From the NCBI GenBank assembly GCA_963741205.1, contig CAVUHW010000010.1:64001-128000 (forward strand): DNA of 64,000 bases. Direction: 5' to 3'. Origin of the DNA: Nitrospirota bacterium (GTDB lineage Bacteria; Nitrospirota; UBA9217). Numbering within the stretch: the first letter of the stretch is position 1; each line of letters opens with the position of its first letter. The translations under genes were made by a program, and so were the position numbers. Below are positions 51,598 through 63,866 of this stretch, in pieces. The notes below the pieces were generated by a model that saw only the letters and a list, made by a program, of their open reading frames with translations, was not told the origin of the DNA and ran no database searches.

Positions 51598-52067
51598 GAC
51601 GGGAGCCTCTCGCGGAGGGAGCGGACGGCGGTGGATACGCGCTGGCGCGCGGCGACGGGCGAGCAGTCCAGCGCGGCGCCGATCGCGTCGTAGTCGAGGT
51701 CCTCGACGAAGCGCAGGATCAGCGCCGTGCGCGCCGCCTCGGGCAGCGGCGCGATCAGCGCCTCGAAGCCGCCGTCGTCGTGGTCGTCCTCGACCGAGAC
51801 GACCGGCGGCTCGTCGGTGACCACCTCGCGCTTGCGCGAGCGGTGCAGGTCGAAGGCGGTCGTGGTGGTGATGCGATAGAGCCAGGCGCGCAGGTGCCGG
51901 GCGTGGCGCAGGCGCGGGTAGGCGCGCAGCGCGCGCAGGAACGCCTCTTGGAGCACGTCCTCGGCGTGCTGCTCGCCGGCCAGCTTGCGGGCGTGGACGA
52001 GCAGCTCGTCGCCGTGGTCCTCCACCAGCGACCAGAACGGGGGCAGCGCCACGGCGATCGCGATCAC
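51594..52067 (-). CDS. ECF RNA polymerase sigma factor
   Basis: AEDVLQEAFLRA and AWLYRI; region 4 HTH. Confidence 0.88.
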   Translation of the reverse strand: MIAIAVALPPFWSLVEDHGDELLVHARKLAGEQHAEDVLQEAFLRALRAYPRLRHARHLRAWLYRITTTTAFDLHRSRKREVVTDEPPVVSVEDDHDDGGFEALIAPLPEAARTALILRFVEDLDYDAIGAALDCSPVAARQRVSTAVRSLRERLPS

Positions 52068-52101
52068 ACCCCTACAACGGGCGAGGGCCCGACGTTGTGA
52101 G

Positions 52102-52722
52102 TCAGCGTCTCGAGCTGCCCTGCGGCGTCGCGGCCCGCTCGCGCGCACGTCTCTGCCTGCGCCGCCCGACGAACGCGAGCACGCCGAGCGCCGCGGCCAC
52201 CAGCAGGAAGCCCCAGAACCACGCCACGGCGCCGATGCCGCCGAACGGCAGCGCGATCAGCTTGACGATGCCGTAGCCGAGCGCGAGCAGCACGATGACC
52301 GCCAGGATCAGCAGCAGGACGCCGCGGGCCCGCAGGTACCACGGCGAGCCCGGGGGAGGCGCGATCAGCCCGAGCACGCGCAGCATCAGCAGCTGGCGGT
52401 TCGTCGGCGGCGTCTGGCCGAGCTTCTCGGCCGCCACCTTGAGGTCGCCGGCGCGGCGCTCGGCCAGCGCCAGCGAGGCCTCGGCCATCTGGCGCAGCTT
52501 CAGGCGGTCCTGCGGCCGGGCGGCGGCGATCGCGGCGCGGAAGTGCTCGCGGGATTTCTTCGCGTCCATCCGCTCGGCGGCACGGGCGCCCAGCAGCGCC
52601 TGAGCGGCGGCCTTCTGGCGGGTCTCCTGCTCGAGCTCCTCGTCGGACAGGGTCTGAAGCCGCTCCATCGCGGCGAGCGCGGACTTGGACTCGATGCGAA
52701 CCTGGCGCGGCTTCGGAGGCAT
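52102..52722 (-). CDS. Hypothetical membrane protein
   Basis: Helical N-terminus, two C-terminal TM helices, GC3-rich frame. Confidence 0.7.
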   Translation of the reverse strand: MPPKPRQVRIESKSALAAMERLQTLSDEELEQETRQKAAAQALLGARAAERMDAKKSREHFRAAIAAARPQDRLKLRQMAEASLALAERRAGDLKVAAEKLGQTPPTNRQLLMLRVLGLIAPPPGSPWYLRARGVLLLILAVIVLLALGYGIVKLIALPFGGIGAVAWFWGFLLVAAALGVLAFVGRRRQRRARERAATPQGSSRR

Positions 52723-52731
52723 GAATGAAGT

Positions 52732-53793
52732 CTAGGCCCGGCGGCGAAAACCGGCGTCGTCGAAGGCCGGATCGAGCGGGCTGGGCGCGAGGCCGGTCTC
52801 GGGGAACTCGAGCCAGTCCCAGCCCGACGGCGCGATGTCGTTCGGCGTGTCGGGATGGAACAGCGCGGCCAGGCACTGGATCTGGCCGCGGCCGACGCCG
52901 AGCTCGGACTGCCCGCCGCCGTAGAGCGCGATCCCGCCGGCCTCGCAGTGGTCGTAGAAGTCCAGCAGCGCGCGCAGCGGCCCGAAGCGCGACGGCTTGC
53001 AGTTCAGCGTGCGCGGCGCGAACGGCAGCTTCTCGACATCGGCGACCGAGTGGATCGGCGCGTCCCAGGTGATGCGGTCGCGGTACGGGGCGAGCACGGC
53101 CGCGGCGTCGGGCGGTCCGAGATCCGGATCCTCCAGCCAGGCCTCGGGGAACGCCTGGGCAACCCGCTGGTACAGACCCGCGTCCGTCGGGACGTCGACC
53201 GGCGTGCCCTTGTAGGCGCCCTTGAAGTCGATCGAGGCGACCGCGCCGGTGCCGGCCAGGTGCTCGAGCAGCACCTCGTCCCAGTCGGGCGTCGCGTCGA
53301 GCTTGAAGCGCGTCCCGGGGTAGCGGGCCAGGCGGCGGTCGACGCCGTCGGTGCTCGGCGGCTCGCCGAGCCGCAGCGACACGACGAACGTGACCGGCTC
53401 CGGCGGGCGGCCGAGCGCCTCGTCGAGCGAGCGGCCCGCCTGGCGCAGCGCGAGATCGAGCGCCGCGCTCTCCACGCCCCAGCGGCGGTAGTTGCGGTAG
53501 ACCTCGAAGCCGGGCGCGCCGGCCGGGAACAGGTCGAGCTCGTCGAGGTGGCGCGAGAAGGAGTCGAGCGTCCACGATCCGGCGAGCGGCAGCTCCGGCC
53601 CGAGCTGGAGCTGGGCGGCCTGGACCTCCGGGTCGTAGACGACGTCCTCGCCCAGGCCCTCGTGCCCGGCGCCGTGCAGGTGGAAGATCGTCGTGCGGCG
53701 CTCGAACTCCGCGCTGAACCGCCGGCTGAGGCCCTCCAGCTCGTAGCGCTCGATCTCGAGCGGAAGGTCGGCGACGCGCTCGTAGGTGCCCAT
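52732..53793 (-). CDS. Enolase-superfamily protein
   Basis: GLGE, ESAALDLAL, FKLD, LEDP, WDAP and NCKPSRFG. Confidence 0.7.
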   Translation of the reverse strand: MGTYERVADLPLEIERYELEGLSRRFSAEFERRTTIFHLHGAGHEGLGEDVVYDPEVQAAQLQLGPELPLAGSWTLDSFSRHLDELDLFPAGAPGFEVYRNYRRWGVESAALDLALRQAGRSLDEALGRPPEPVTFVVSLRLGEPPSTDGVDRRLARYPGTRFKLDATPDWDEVLLEHLAGTGAVASIDFKGAYKGTPVDVPTDAGLYQRVAQAFPEAWLEDPDLGPPDAAAVLAPYRDRITWDAPIHSVADVEKLPFAPRTLNCKPSRFGPLRALLDFYDHCEAGGIALYGGGQSELGVGRGQIQCLAALFHPDTPNDIAPSGWDWLEFPETGLAPSPLDPAFDDAGFRRRA

Positions 53794-53846
53794 CCGGCGC
53801 CGCAGTGTACGCACCGCCGCCGCCCGGCCAGCCACCATGTCGCGTC

Positions 53847-56067
53847 GTGACCGAGGCCCTGCGCTTCCTGGCGATCGCCGAGCTGATCGGGCTGGCGGCG
53901 CTGCCGCTGGCGGCCACCGTGCTCGGGCGCCTGCCCGGCGCGGGGCTCGGCTTCGCCAAGCCGCTCGGCCTGCTGCTCGTGACGTGGCTGGTGTGGATCG
54001 GCGGCAGCCTCGACGTCGTCCCGTACACCACGGCCTCGGCGATCGTGGCGATCGTCGTCGTGGCCGGCGCCGGCCTGGTCTGCGCGCTGGGGCTGCGGCG
54101 CGGGCCGCCGAGGCAGCGCTGGTGGCGCGCACCGCGCCCGGCGCCCGAGCCGCCCGCGCCCGACCCGTTCCGGTGGTCGCTGCTGATCGGCGCCGAGGTC
54201 GTCTTCGTCGTGACGTTCTGCGCGATGGCGCTGCTCGTCGCCTACTCGCCCGACGTCTGGAACACCGAGAAGCCGATGGACATGGGCTTCGTCAACGCGC
54301 TCAACCAGAGCCGCTCGTTCCCGCCGCACGACCCGTGGCTGGCCGGCGCCGACCTCAACTACTACTACTTCGGCCACCTGGTGATGGCGATCCTCGTGCG
54401 CCTCACCGACGTCGAGCCCAGCCGCGGCTACAACGTCTCGATCGCGCTGCTGTTCGCGCTCACCGCGTCGGCGGTGTTCACGCTCGCCGGCACGCTGTGG
54501 GCGGCGCTGCGCGGGGCGCTCGAGCAGTTGCGGCGCTCGCCGGTGATCGTCGGCCTGGTGGCGGTCGTGGCGGTGCTCGTGCTCGGCAACCTGGCGGGCG
54601 GGCGCGAGCTGCTCCAGACGGCCGACCCGCCGCACGGCTACGACTGGTTCGCCCCGTCGCGCGTCGTGCCGGGGACGATCAACGAGTTCCCCTGGTTCTC
54701 GTTCCTGCTCGCCGACCTGCACGCGCACGTGCTGGCGCTGCCGTTCACGCTGCTGGCCACGGCGTTCTCCGTCCAGGTCGCGTTGTTCGGGCCGCGCGCC
54801 CGGCCGCGGCTGCGGGCGCTGCTGGAGACGCTCGTCGCCGGCATCTCGCTCGGGACGCTCTACGCGATCAACTCGTGGTCGTATCCGGTGATGGCGGGCG
54901 TGTTCGCGGCCGCGCTCGTCCTCTGGCTGCGTGATCCGGCCGCGGAGGGGGAGGAGCTGCGCTCGGTGCGCTGGGGGCTGCTCGTGCTCGCGTTGAGCAT
55001 CGTCCTCGTGCTTCCGTTCCACCTCTCGTTCGATCCGGCGGCCGACGGCCTCGGGCTCGTCTCGGACCGCCGCGCGCTGGGCGACTTCGTGTCGGACCAG
55101 GCGCTGCTCTACGGGCTGTTCGCGGCGCTCGTGGCGATCGCCTACGCCGGCCGGGTGGCCGGCAGCGCGAAGCCGTGGCGCAACGTGATCTGGCTCGGCG
55201 TGCTGCTGATCGTCGGCGGCTCGCTGCTGGCGCCGGTCGACGACCTGGCCGGCGTGTGGGGGCTGGCGCTCCTGCTCGCGGTGGCGATCCACGCCGCGCT
55301 GAGCCGCCGCCTGACCGGGGCCGAGCGCGTGCTGTGGCTGCTCATCGCCTGCGGGCTGGGCTGCGTGCTGCTGCCCGAGGTCGTCTACGTCCGCGACGCG
55401 TTCGACGGCTCCGACCTCGAGCGCATGAACACGGTCTTCAAGTTCGGCTACCACGCCTGGCTGTTCCTCGGGGTGGCCGGCACGCTGGCCCTGTTCGCCG
55501 CGGTCGCCTGGGTGCCGCGCTGGCTGCGGCTGGGCTGGCGGATCGCGCTCGTGCCGCTCGTGCTGCTGGCGCTCGCGTATCCCTGGGCGGGGACCTACGC
55601 GCGCAAGGACGGCTTCAAGGCCTCGCCGACGCTCGACGGCCTGGGCTGGCTGCGGACGACCGCGCCGGGCGACGTCGGAGGCGATCGCCTGGCTGCGCGC
55701 GAACGCGCCGGGCGACGCGGTGGTGCTCGAGGCCGCGGGACCCGACTACTCGCCGTTCGGCCACGCCCGGATCTCGACGTTCACGGGACTGCAGACCGTG
55801 ATCGGCTGGGGCGGCCACGAGGTGCAGTGGGAGCACAACCCGGGCGACCGCATGCAGCAGGTCGCCGCCGCCTACAAGACGACCGATCCGCAGGCCGCGC
55901 GGGCGTTCATCGACAAGTACGGCGTCGACTACGTGGTCGTCGGGCCGCTCGAGCGCACCGAGTACGGCGACGCCGGCGTCGCCAAGTGGGACACGCTGGG
56001 CCGGCGCGTGTTCGACCGCGACGGCACGATCGTCTGGGACGTTCGTCAGGCGCCCGGGCGCTCGTAG
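53847..56067 (+). CDS. DUF2298 / Chlor_Arch_YYY membrane protein (frameshift near 55680)
   Basis: EKPMD, PPHDPW.AG..NYYYFGH, INEFP.FSF...DLHAH and RMNTVFKF. Confidence 0.85.
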
Positions 56068-57645
56068 AGCCACTCGGGCATGCCGCCCGTGGGGTTCCAC
56101 ACTTCCCGCTTGAGCAGCCAGCGGGCCCAGTTGCCCGGCGACATGGCGCCGTAGTCGCGCACCCACCAGACGCGGAACGGGAACTCGCGCGCCGCGCAGA
56201 CCCTGGAGCGCCGTGGTCTGGGCCTGGCGCGAGGCGTCGGTGAGGATGACGCGCGGCCGTCTGGGGCGTGATCGCGGTCCCGGGGGCGCTCAGGTCCACG
56301 TAGCTGGCCTGGAGGTGGCGGAAGTACCAGGCCCACGGGAACGTCGCCCCGTCCGCGGTGTCGATGACGATCGGGAACGGCCGCCCGTCGCGCCCGGCGG
56401 CCTTGGCCTGGGCCTCGACGTGCTGGGCGACGCGCTTGACCTCCTCCGAGGACTGCGTGGAGACGAGCAGCTCGCGCGGGTCGGCGCGGTGCAGCGCGTT
56501 GACGTTGAGGCTGGCGAAGATCACGTAGGCCGCGCACGCCGCCGCGGCGGCGAGCCCGAGCTTTCCGCCGAGCCGGTCGCGCGCGTCCCAGATCGTCTGG
56601 AAGCCGAGGCCCGCCAGCAGGATCAGCGGCAGCAGCGGGTGCATCACCAGCCAGGCGAACTTCTCGCTCGCCCACGAGTAGACGGCCAGCGAGAGCACGA
56701 ACGCCCAGATCAGGAACACGCGCAGCGGCGTCGGGCGCCGGAGCGCGAACACGGCCCCGATCGCCCCGAGCAGGAGCACGGGCCACTCCACGCCGAAGAG
56801 CACGACGACGTAGAAGCCCCGCGGCTCGCCGCCGCGCCCGACGTCCTGCTGGCCGAGCCAGTAGCTCAGGCCGTCGTGGATGCCGTCCCAGAGCCCCGCC
56901 GGGTGCGTGAGGAACGTGGTGAAGAGGATCGTGAAGACGGCGGCGAACGCCGCGAGCGCCCACGCCCACGCTTCCCAGCCGACGCTCGTGACCGGCCGCA
57001 GCAGCTTCGGGCGCTGCTTCGGGATCGCCAGCCAGCCGAGGAAGAACGTGCCGGCCACGAATACGGTGATGAACGTCGACTCCTTGGTGGCGAAGGAGAG
57101 CGCGAGCAGCCCGCCGATCAGCGCCGGCTGATGGCGGCGCGGGCGGTCGAGGAAGCGGAATACCACCACCAGCAGCGCGAGCGTGATGCACGCGATGTAG
57201 ATGTCCTCACGGGCGAAGCGGCTGAAGTACAGGTACGTCGGCCCGACGGCGAGCAGCGCGCCGGCCGTGAACGCGGCGACGCGGCCGAGCACGCCGCGCA
57301 GCAGCCAGCAGAGCGCGACCATCCCGGTGCCCATCAGCGCCGGCGCCAGGCGCGCCGTGAAGTCCGAGTCGCCGAACAGCACGTACATCAGCGCGGTCAG
57401 GTAGAAGCGGAACGGGCCGTGCAGGAGCGGCATGTAGTGGTAGTCGCCGGCGCGGAAGATCCAGGAGAAGTAGGCGTCCTGGCTCTCGTCGTGGTGGAAC
57501 GGGCGGTCGCCGAGGTCGATCAGGCGCAGCGCCAGCGCGAGCGCGACCAGCGCGACCCACGCGAGGACCTCCCAGCGGGTGCTGCGCGCGCGCTGCGCTC
57601 GTGCGGCGGTCGCCGCCGGCGGCGGGGCGACCCGGCCGCGCTCAC
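56046..57645 (-). CDS. TIGR03663-family GT-C-like membrane protein (frameshifts)
   Basis: RPFHHDES, LHGP, DFTARL, YFSRFARED and ATKE. Confidence 0.8.
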
Positions 57646-58665
57646 GCGCGGGCCTCCGTGCGCGCGGCCCGCAGCCGGGCGAGGCCGCCGTAGCGGGCGG
57701 CGAGCAGCACGAAGCCGAGCAGCGTGATCGGGACGACGATGACGAAGCGGAGCAGCACGATGTAGGAGACCGCGACGCTGCCGGAACCGCCGAGCGCCTT
57801 GATGCCGACGGCGACGGCCGTGTCCTGGGTCCCCGCGTAGCCGGGGCCCGACGGAATCATGGAGAAGATGCTGGCCAGCGCGACGAGGTAGAGGCCCTCG
57901 ACGAAGTCCATGCGGGAAGCCGGCGGCGCCGCCGACGGCGATCCAGACGCCGGCCTCGGTGGCCCAGACGAGCACGCGTCATGGCGAGCAGCAGCAGGCC
58001 GTGGTGCGCGCGGCGCAGCCCGAGCGTGGCCGACGCGAGCGGCGCGACGAAGGCGTGCAGGCGCTCGTTGCGGCGCACCAGCAGGTAGGCGCCGAACGCC
58101 CCGGCGATCAGCACGACGGTGACGATGCCGATCGACCTCGACGCTGCCGTTGCCGACCTCGCCGAGCACCGCGTAGCCGACGATCACGAAGATCGCCAGG
58201 ATGACCGTCACGTCGAGCACGCGCTCGGCGACCAGCGTGCCGACGACCGTGCGCGTGCTCGTCTCGGCCCGCGGCGCCATCAGCACGGCACGGAACGCGT
58301 CGCCCGCGCGCGCCGGCAGCACGTTGTTGCCCATGTAGCCGACGACGTTGAGGCACTGCGAGTCGGCTCGGTGCGGGCGGGCGCCCTCGTCCTCGAGCAG
58401 CCGCTGCCAGCGCTCGCCGCGCACGAGGGTGGCGAACGCGTAGAGCAGCGACCGCAGCCCGAGGTCGGCCACATTCGCCCACCGTGTCCGGGAACTTCGG
58501 CGGCTCCTGGTGCAGCGCCCACCAGACCACTCCGGCGAGCGCGACCGCCGAGACCGCGAGGCCCAGCCAGGTGGCGCGTGGGAGCGCGCGCAGGCCGGGG
58601 CCGGCCGGCGGGCGCTCGGGCGGGAGGTCAGGCGTCGGCGTCGGAGTGCTGGTCGGTGTCGCCAA
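57642..58665 (-). CDS. Lysylphosphatidylglycerol-synthase TM / flippase-like protein (frameshifts)
   Basis: NNVLPARAGD..R, ERVLD and PSGPGYAGT. Confidence 0.8.
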
Positions 58666-58924
58666 GCGGGGAGTCGTCGTCCTTGTCGGGCGTGGGCGGC
58701 GGCGAGTCCTTGGAGCCGCCGGAGCCGCCTTCGGCCCCGGTCTCGTCGGACTCGTCCTCGCGCGGGTCGCTCTCGCTCACGTGTGGGGCTCCTTCTCGGG
58801 GTCGGCCGAGACAGCGTAGGAGACGGAGGTGCGGCGCCGCTTCGCTCCGCCCGGCCCCTCGGCCTCGCCCCCGCCCGGCCCCTCAGCTTCGCGCCCGCCC
58901 GGCCCGGGTAGGCGCCGCTTTCGG

Positions 58925-60134
58925 ATGGAGCCCCACCACCACGAGCCTCCCGTTCCGCTCGCCGTCGCGCTGAGCTTCGTCGTCGGCGTGGGCGTCGCCG
59001 TGCAGGCGTTCTGCAACGGGCGGCTGGCCAAGGAGCTCGGCTCGCTGGAGATCGCGGGCCTGGCCAACATGGTCACGGGCGGCGCTCTGCTCGTGACGCT
59101 CGCGGCAGCGGGCGGCGCCCTGCGACGGGCGCTGCTCCGGGTCCGGGCAGGCGCGCGGGTTGCGCTGGTGGATGTTCGTCGGCGGCTTCTCGGGCGCGCT
59201 GGTGGTGATCGTGACGACGAAGGCCGCGCCGGAGATCGGCGTGGCGCTGATGACGGTCGCGATCGTCTGCGGCCAGTCCGGCGGCTCGCTGCTCGTCGAC
59301 CGGGTCGGGCTCAGCCCGGCCGGGCACCAGCCGGTCTCCGCGCCGCGGCTGGTCGGGGTCGCGCTGGCGATCGCCGCCGTCGTCGTCGGCGGGCTCTCCG
59401 CCCGCACCGAGCCGAAGCCGGTCCTGCTCGGGCTCCTCGTGTTCGCGGGCTTCTGCTTCGCCGGCCAGCAGGCGGTCAACGCGCGGTTGGGCCGCACGAC
59501 CGGGGAGCCGCTGGTCGCGGCCACCGTGAACTTCGCCGTCGGCGGGGCCGTGCTGACCGCCGTCACGCTGATCGTGGTCGGCGGCGGGCCGCCCAACGGC
59601 TGGGGCGCGCCGCCGCTGGACTGGATCGGCGGCCTGCTGGGCGCGGCGTTCGTGATCGTCTCGGCGCTGGTGGTGCCGGTGATCGGGGTGCTGCGGCTGA
59701 CCTTGGCCGCGGTCGCGGGCCAGTCGGCGGGGGCGCTGGTGCTGGATGTGGTCTCGCCGGCGCCGGGGGAGGCTGTGACGGTGGGCACCGTGGTGGGGGT
59801 GGGGTTGGCTCTGGCCGCTGTGGCGGTGAGTGGGCGGTCGTCCGTGCTGCCGCGGTGGCTGCGCCGGCGTCAACGGCGGCTGGGTAAGGAGGGCGTCCCG
59901 GAACGCGGAGTCACTCCACCGCGGTACGCTAGGGGCCCTATTTGGACCCCTATCGACCGCAGTGCCGCCAAAGCGGTGGGCTGGAGCGTTCCAACCGGGT
60001 TCGAACCCTCCCGCGGGGACCGGCGGCTGGACGGATGCCGGAACCTGCTGTACCTTCGAACGAGATGGCCTACCGCTCCGACTTCCGGCGTACCCTCAAG
60101 CCCGCCCTCGCTGCGGGTTTCGCGTCGCACGTGA
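58925..60134 (+). CDS. DMT (YdcZ/DUF606-like) transporter (frameshift near 59160; 3' end uncertain)
   Basis: Two repeats of Q...N.RL..., W..GG..GA and GQS.G.L..D. Confidence 0.75.
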
Positions 60135-60207
60135 TGGAGCGGGAGCTCATGGGCCAGACGACGATCGCCGTCAACCCGCCCGGCGCCTAGCGGACAGGAC
60201 CAGAGCC

Positions 60208-61248
60208 ATGGCCCCGTCCGCGCAGACCGCGGGCGGGCGCCGGATCAGGCGCTGGACCCGCGACACCATCATCGACAAGATCCGCGAGTGGGAGGCCCGC
60301 TACGGCGAGCCCCCGTGCTCGGCCGACTGGAACCCCTCGCTGGCGCGCTGGCGTGCCCAGGAGTGGCGCATCGAGCGCTACCAGGAGGGTGTCTGGCCGT
60401 CGACCAACGCGGTGAAGCGCCCGTTCGGCGGGAGCTTCGACGCGGCCGTGCGCGAGGCCGGCTTCGTGCCCGCGCGCCCCGGCCCGCGGCGCGCCGCCGG
60501 GCTGGCCCGGCCCGCCGTGGACCAGCGCGAGCCGCTGGCGCCGCGCGAGCCGGGCGACGAGCCCGGGGCCGAGCAGGCTCGGCTCGCCGAGGCGCGCGTC
60601 GCCGCGCTGGAGCGCCGCCTGGCCGCGGCCGAGCGCCGCGCCGAGCGCGCCGAGGCACAGGTCGCCGACGCTCGCCGCCGCGCGCGCCGGGCCAACGAGC
60701 AGGCCGGCCGGGCCCGCCGGGCGCGCGAGCGCAGCCGGGCGACCGAGCGCGAGCTGCGGGCGACCACAACCGAAGCGATCGAGCGCATCGCGATCGACGC
60801 CGAGGCGCGCGTGCGCGCCACGACCGACCAGGCCGAGGCGGCCTCCCGCGACGCGACCGAGGCCCGCCGGGCCGCCCGCTCCGCCGAGGCGCGCGCGGCC
60901 GAGGCCGAGGTGCGCGCCGAGGCGGCCGAGCGGCTGGAGGCGGTGGCGCGCGCGGAGCTGGCGTCCGAGGGCGCAGGCGCGGCGCAGGCCGCGGCGAAGG
61001 CCGCCGAGCGGCGTGCCGCGACCGCGGAGCGCACCGCGCGCGAGCTGGCGACGCTGGTGTGCGGCGAGCCGCGCCGGCTGACGCCCGACGAGCTCGACGT
61101 GCTGCGCGTCGGCGGTCCCTCGGGGCCGGCGGTCCTGGCGCGAGCGCTCAAGGAGCTCGGGCGGGCGCGCGCGGTCGGCAACGGCGAGCTCGTCGCCGCG
61201 CTGACCGAGGTCGCGTCGGCCGCGATCAGGTGGCGGGACCGGCTGTAG
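60208..61248 (+). CDS. Hypothetical protein: HNH-associated-repeat-like N-terminus plus coiled coil
   Basis: WTRDTII..I..W...YGEPP..DW, WPS...V...FG.SF..A...AG; Ala/Arg/Glu-rich coil. Confidence 0.6.
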   Translation: MAPSAQTAGGRRIRRWTRDTIIDKIREWEARYGEPPCSADWNPSLARWRAQEWRIERYQEGVWPSTNAVKRPFGGSFDAAVREAGFVPARPGPRRAAGLARPAVDQREPLAPREPGDEPGAEQARLAEARVAALERRLAAAERRAERAEAQVADARRRARRANEQAGRARRARERSRATERELRATTTEAIERIAIDAEARVRATTDQAEAASRDATEARRAARSAEARAAEAEVRAEAAERLEAVARAELASEGAGAAQAAAKAAERRAATAERTARELATLVCGEPRRLTPDELDVLRVGGPSGPAVLARALKELGRARAVGNGELVAALTEVASAAIRWRDRL

Positions 61249-61348
61249 CGGCCGGTCCCGCTCGCCGCACGGCCGCGGACTGTGCGGCCTCACGGGCGAT
61301 GGCCCCAGCGTCGCGGGACTGTGCGGCCCCGCGGCCGCACGGGACTGA

Positions 61349-63866
61349 TCAGACCTTCACGGTGAGGCGCTTGGTGCGCTTGGCGCCCTTGGAGTCGCGC
61401 AGCGTCAGCGTCAGCCGGTAGCGGCCGCGCGCCAGCCGGCGCACGAGCTTGAGCGTGACGCGCCCGGTGCGCGGCAGCTTGCCGCTCGCGCGCGCATACA
61501 GGCGGCTGGACCTGGTCAGCCGGGCGCTGACGCGGCGGACGGCCGTCGCCCGGCGCAGCGTGCAGCGCACGGTCCGCTTGCGCCCGCTTCCGGTCCGCTT
61601 GCAGCTCACCGTGACGTCCTTGAGCGTCAGCGGCTTCGGCTGGCCCGGATTCACCGGCGGCTGCTGCGCCGGCGGCGCCGTCGTGAACGCGCGGTCCGGG
61701 CCCGGCCAGCCGCGCGCCGCCGCGGATCGTGACGAGCCGGTAGTGGTAGGTCGTGCCGGGCGCCAGGCCGCTGAGCGCCGAGCTGGCACCGACCGCCGCG
61801 TTGCCCGCCCCGATCGAGGCGGCCGGGGTCGCCGAGCCGTACGCCGCGGTCGTGCCGTACTCGAACTGGTAGGAGCTCGCAGTCCCGCACGGGTCTGAGG
61901 CGCCGTGGAGCGTCGCGCCGGTCGTCGTCACGCCGTCGGCGACGCCGGTGTCCGCGGGGGGCGTCGCCGAGCGGTTGCCCGCGACCGCCGCCGCGGCGTC
62001 GAGCCGGCGGCCCGTCACCGTCACGCCGCTCAGGCTCGCCAGCTGGCGCGCCGTTCCCCAAGAGGTCGCACCGTACTGAGGCGACGCTGGCGTTCGGGCG
62101 CGCCGCCCAGATCAGCGCGGCAGTGCCGGCGACGTGCGGCGCCGCCATCGACGTGCCGTCGAGCGCCTCGTAGCCTCGCCGCCGGGCTTGAAGCAGCGGA
62201 TGTCCACGTCGTCGACGTAGCGCCGTCGGCGACCTTCGGCGCCGTAGCTCGACCGAGCCAGACGGAGTTGGCGAGCAGGTTGAAGCGCAGGTGCGGCCTG
62301 CAGCCGTCGGCGTCGAGGTAGGTGCGCAGGGGCACGAAGGCTCGTGCCGCCCGTAGCGTCTTGCCGCGCCACGTGTCCTGCTCGTAGTAGGTGAAGCCGG
62401 CGCCGAATCGGTCATCACGCGCAGCAGATCCCCGCGGTCGTTTGGCTTGCCGCTGGTCGGTCCGACGGTGTCGAGCTTCAGCTGGTAGTCGACGGTGCAG
62501 CCGAGCCCTGCCGCTGAAGTCGAACTTGGCGAGCATCCGGCGGGGTGATCAGGTCGTTGTTCTGCGTTCGCGGGATAGGGGACGGGTTGCCGATGGAGTC
62601 GATGTCGGGCGAATCCGGTGGCCGAGCGGCCGTTGGGCTCCACCGACAGCCGGTGGTCGCTGCAGCTCCCAGATCGTCGTGTCTCCAGTCGGCGAGCGGG
62701 TTGGCGCCCTCGAAGTTCCAGTAGGCGGCGTGAGCCGGTTGCGGGACGATCTCGACGTCGGGCGGTACGCGCTCTCGCCGGGCTGGGTGGAGAGGATCGC
62801 CTGCCCGGGCGCGCCGAGATCGACGGAGGTGGCGCCGAAGTTCGAGAAGCCCGGCGAGCCGCTCGGTCGTCGTGCGTGGCGGCCACGCAGATCAGGTTCG
62901 GGGCGTCGACGTTGCACGGGCGCCTGGGGGTCGGCGGTCGTTGTCGCTCGCGCCGTTGCCGGCCGCGACGACGTAGAGCGTGCCGGGTGCGACGTGATCG
63001 CCTGCGCGACCGCCGGATCGACGCCCGCGCCGCTGATCGACACGTTGGCCACCTGGGCGCCGATGTCGCCTGCGTAGTCCAGGCCGTCGGCGAGGTCGTC
63101 GGAGGTGCCCTCGCCGTGGCCGTCGAGGACACGCACCGAGCACGAGCTTGCTGTGCCAGGCTCACGCCCGCGACGCCGATATCGTTGTTGCCCTCGGCAG
63201 CGATGGTGCCCGCCACGTGCGTTCCGTGGCCGTCGAGGTCGCGCGGCTCGTCGATCGGGTCGAAGCCGTCGGCCGTCGGGATCGCCGTCGAGGAAGCCTC
63301 ATTGACGAAGTCGCGGCCGCGCTGCGGTGTCGATGTTGGCGGCCGAGGTCGGGATGGTCGTACGCGATCCCGGTGTCGACGACCGCGACGGTGACGGACG
63401 GGGAGCCGGTCGTGTGCGCCCACGCCGCAGGCGCGCCGATCTTCGCGAGTCCCCAGAGCTGACCGCGTGAGCGGGTCCGGGCGCCACGGCGGCCGCCCGG
63501 TAGATGATGTTCGGCTGCGCGAATCGGACGTCCGGGTCGGCCTCCAGCCGGCGGATGGCCTCGTCGACGGTGGTGCCGGGCTCGACGCTCAGCCGCTGCA
63601 GGCCCGGCTGGCGCAGCGCCTCCTCGACGCGCGTTCCGGCGGCGTCGCGCACGTCGGCGCGCTCGGCGCCGCTCGTTCCGGAGTCGAACTGCACGATGAC
63701 CTCGCCGGGCACGGTGTCGGTCCGCAGGCTGCTGCAACTGTGCGGGCGCGGAGGCGGCTCCGATCAGCGACACCGCGGCGGCTGCGAGCACGGCGACGCC
63801 CGCGCGCCTTGCGCGCGCGTAATCGTGGTGCCGTTTGCGCACCGCCGTCGCCGTCATCGGAATCAT
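61349..63866 (-). CDS. Secreted S8 subtilase with C-terminal Fn3-like domains (many frameshifts)
   Basis: VAVVDTG (Asp), GHGTHVAG (His), VVAAGN and DGTSMAAPHVAG (Ser) in successive frames. Confidence 0.85.

Noticed and set aside
59975-60040. tRNA-like GGGTTCGAACCC with TGG
   Set aside because: T-stem and acceptor stem do not pair fully and no D or anticodon arms can be built
52064-63423. Many long Arg/Ala/Pro-rich overlapping ORFs
   Set aside because: Stop-poor shadow frames typical of very high-GC DNA; the coding frames are those with family motifs
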